Shown piece by piece: positions 62,051 through 64,000 of a stretch of DNA of 64,000 nt. A model generated the notes under the pieces. The model saw only the letters and a program-made list of their open reading frames with translations. It was not told where the DNA came from and searched no databases. The translations under genes were made by a program, and so were the position numbers. The stretch is from Rhodanobacter sp. (GTDB taxonomy: Bacteria > Pseudomonadota > Gammaproteobacteria > Xanthomonadales > Rhodanobacteraceae): assembly GCA_030148505.1 (NCBI GenBank), contig JASBTI010000038.1, positions 10,704 through 74,703 of the forward strand, written 5' to 3'. The stretch's first letter is position 1, and the number at the start of each line of letters is the position of its first letter.

Positions 62051-63643
62051 TCACTCCCATTCGATGGTCGCTGGCGGCTTGCCACTAATGTCATAAACTA
62101 CACGAGAAATGCCGCGTAATTCATTGATAATTCTATTTGAAACCTTGCCAAGAAAGTCATACGGCAAGTGCGCCCAATGGGCGGTCATGAAGTCGACGGT
62201 CTCGACCGCCCGTAGCGCGATCACCCACTCGTAGGCCCGCGCATCACCCACCACCCCCACCGATTTAACCGGCAGGAACACAGCGAACGCCTGGCTGGTC
62301 TTATCGTACAAATCGGCTTTGCGCAATTCGTCGATGAAGATCGCATCGGCCTTGGCCAGCAGCTCGGCGTATTCCGGCTTTACCTCGCCGAGGATACGCA
62401 CGCCAAGACCCGGACCGGGGAACGGATGCCGGTAGACCATCGCTCGCGGCAAGCCGAGCGCGATGCCGATTCGACGTACTTCGTCCTTGAACAATTCACG
62501 CAAGGGCTCGACCAGCTTCAGCTTCATGTGCGTGGGCAAGCCGCCGACATTGTGGTGGCTCTTGATCACATGGGCCTTGCCGGTCTTGCTGCCTGCTGAC
62601 TCGATCACATCGGGATAAATAGTACCCTGGGCCAGCCATTTCACGTCGCCACCGGCGGCAATCAACTTTTCCGACTCTGCGTCGAAGATCTCGACAAACA
62701 GGCCTCCGATGATCTTGCGTTTGGCTTCCGGATCGGCAACGCCTTCGAGTGCCGTGAAGTAGCGGTCGGCGGCATTGACGCGAATCACCTTGATGCCCAT
62801 GCCGCCGCTTTCGGCCTCGGCAGCGAACATCGCCATCACCTGATCGCCTTCCTGCCAGCGCAGCAGACCGGTATCGACGAAGACGCAGGTCAGCCGATCG
62901 CCGATCGCCCGATGCAGCAATGCCGCTACCACCGAGGAGTCGACACCGCCGGACAAGCCCAGCAAGACATGGTCGTCACCGACCTGTTCGCGTACGCGGG
63001 CGATCTGGTCGTCGATGATGTTGGCGGCGGTCCACAAGGTGGCGCAGCCGCAGATCTCGGTAGCAAAGCGCTTCAGCAGTGCGCCACCGCGCTTCGTATG
63101 GGTCACTTCGGGATGGAACTGCACGCCATACCAGCGGCGCTCCTCGTCTTCCATCACGGCGACGGGAATGCGCGCGGTACGCCCCGTGACCACAAACCCC
63201 GGTGGCGCCGTGGCGACATGATCGCCATGGCTCATCCATACGTCCAGCGTGTGACCGCCGGCATGATCGGTAAGGCCATCGAACAACCGGCTTGGGCCCA
63301 CAATATCGACCTGAGCGTGACCAAACTCACGCGCATCGGAAGCCTCCGTGGCGCCCCCCAACTGGGCGGCCAGGGTTTGCATGCCGTAGCAGATGCCGAG
63401 GATCGGCACACCCGCATCGAACACCGCTTGCGGCGCCCGCGGGGCCTGCTCCAGCGTGGTCGATTCGGGACCGCCCGACAGAATGATCCCCCTGGCGCCG
63501 AACGCGGCGATCTCAGCCGGATCATGGTCCCACGCCCAGATTTCGCAGTACACGCCAAGCTCGCGGATCCGCCGCGCGATCAACTGGGTGTATTGCGCGC
63601 CGAAATCGAGAATCAGCAGCTTGTCGGAATGGATATTGGTCAT
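62051..63643 (-). CDS. guaA: glutamine-hydrolysing GMP synthase
   Basis: 530 aa starting [34 protein letters not shown]. The GATase domain (ICYGMQ), the ATP-PPase P-loop (SGGVDSSV) and the C-terminal ...PPATIEWE are present. Confidence 0.97.
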   Translation of the reverse strand: MTNIHSDKLLILDFGAQYTQLIARRIRELGVYCEIWAWDHDPAEIAAFGARGIILSGGPESTTLEQAPRAPQAVFDAGVPILGICYGMQTLAAQLGGATEASDAREFGHAQVDIVGPSRLFDGLTDHAGGHTLDVWMSHGDHVATAPPGFVVTGRTARIPVAVMEDEERRWYGVQFHPEVTHTKRGGALLKRFATEICGCATLWTAANIIDDQIARVREQVGDDHVLLGLSGGVDSSVVAALLHRAIGDRLTCVFVDTGLLRWQEGDQVMAMFAAEAESGGMGIKVIRVNAADRYFTALEGVADPEAKRKIIGGLFVEIFDAESEKLIAAGGDVKWLAQGTIYPDVIESAGSKTGKAHVIKSHHNVGGLPTHMKLKLVEPLRELFKDEVRRIGIALGLPRAMVYRHPFPGPGLGVRILGEVKPEYAELLAKADAIFIDELRKADLYDKTSQAFAVFLPVKSVGVVGDARAYEWVIALRAVETVDFMTAHWAHLPYDFLGKVSNRIINELRGISRVVYDISGKPPATIEWE

Positions 63644-63777
63644 GAAGCCTCAGGTGGGAACGGGGAACGGAGAAGTGGGAAACGTCACCCGGTTCGACCG
63701 GCCGGTGCCAGCGGCCCTGGACGAAGCCTCGACGTTTGGCCAGGCGCAGGCGGCAGTTTTCCCGTTTTCCACTGCAC

Positions 63778-64000
<223 letters not shown>

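Larger units (their letters stand above)
59656..62065. mobile_element. decayed integrative islet at the 3' end of guaA (AbiE cargo, integrase remnant)
   Basis: It is bounded by TCATTCCCATTCGAT (59656-59670) and TCACTCCCATTCGAT (62051-62065, the last codons of guaA), a 14/15 match. Inside are AbiEi/AbiEii, an N-terminal fragment of a P4-type integrase next to guaA, repeated TTTACCGTC(A) motifs and an AT-rich junction. Confidence 0.7.

Overview
GC-rich gammaproteobacterial chromosome; synteny suggests Xanthomonadales/Lysobacterales (inference only). The window is almost entirely core housekeeping DNA, mostly on the minus strand. In coordinate order:

- rbfA (partial), infB, nusA, rimP and an initiator tRNA (metY-type operon).
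- A complete 14-gene nuoA-N NADH dehydrogenase operon.
- pilZ, then a run from holB to yceD: holB-tmk-mltG-pabC-pabB-fabF-acpP-fabG-fabD-fabH-rpmF-yceD.
- A plus-strand block: maf, moxR ATPase, DUF58, transglutaminase and slp.
- HIT-recR-ybaB-dnaX-ffs-tRNA-Ser.
- LPS core genes (kdkA, a GT9 heptosyltransferase-like gene).
- hisS with an oversized HAL-family lyase and a small conserved protein.
- tRNA-Pro, then purF-cvpA-SPOR(dedD-like)-folC.
- A MerR regulator, tadA, a cytoplasmic hybrid sensor kinase, then guaA and guaB (partial).

Many tracked ORFs are over-extended at the 5' end. I trimmed them to starts supported by N-terminal homology and ATGA/GTGA translational coupling. The long plus-strand ORFs opposite conserved genes are high-GC antisense artefacts.

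Accessory or odd content is limited:

1. A roughly 2.4-kb decayed integrative islet sits at the 3' end of guaA. It is bounded by a 14/15-nt duplication of the guaA terminus and carries an AbiEi/AbiEii pair, a P4-type integrase N-terminal remnant and five copies of TTTACCGTC(A).
2. A roughly 1.65-kb insertion lies between holB and pilZ: a PIG-L deacetylase with a Trp-rich tail plus 0.7 kb of compositionally atypical DNA.
3. A 5' fragment of tRNA-Ser lies in tandem with the intact tRNA-Ser(GGA).
4. A 648-aa HAL-family enzyme is clustered with hisS, away from any hut genes.

I found no CRISPR array, rRNA or intact transposase. I cannot show a clearly novel multi-gene system from sequence alone; items 1, 2 and 4 are the best candidates for follow-up.
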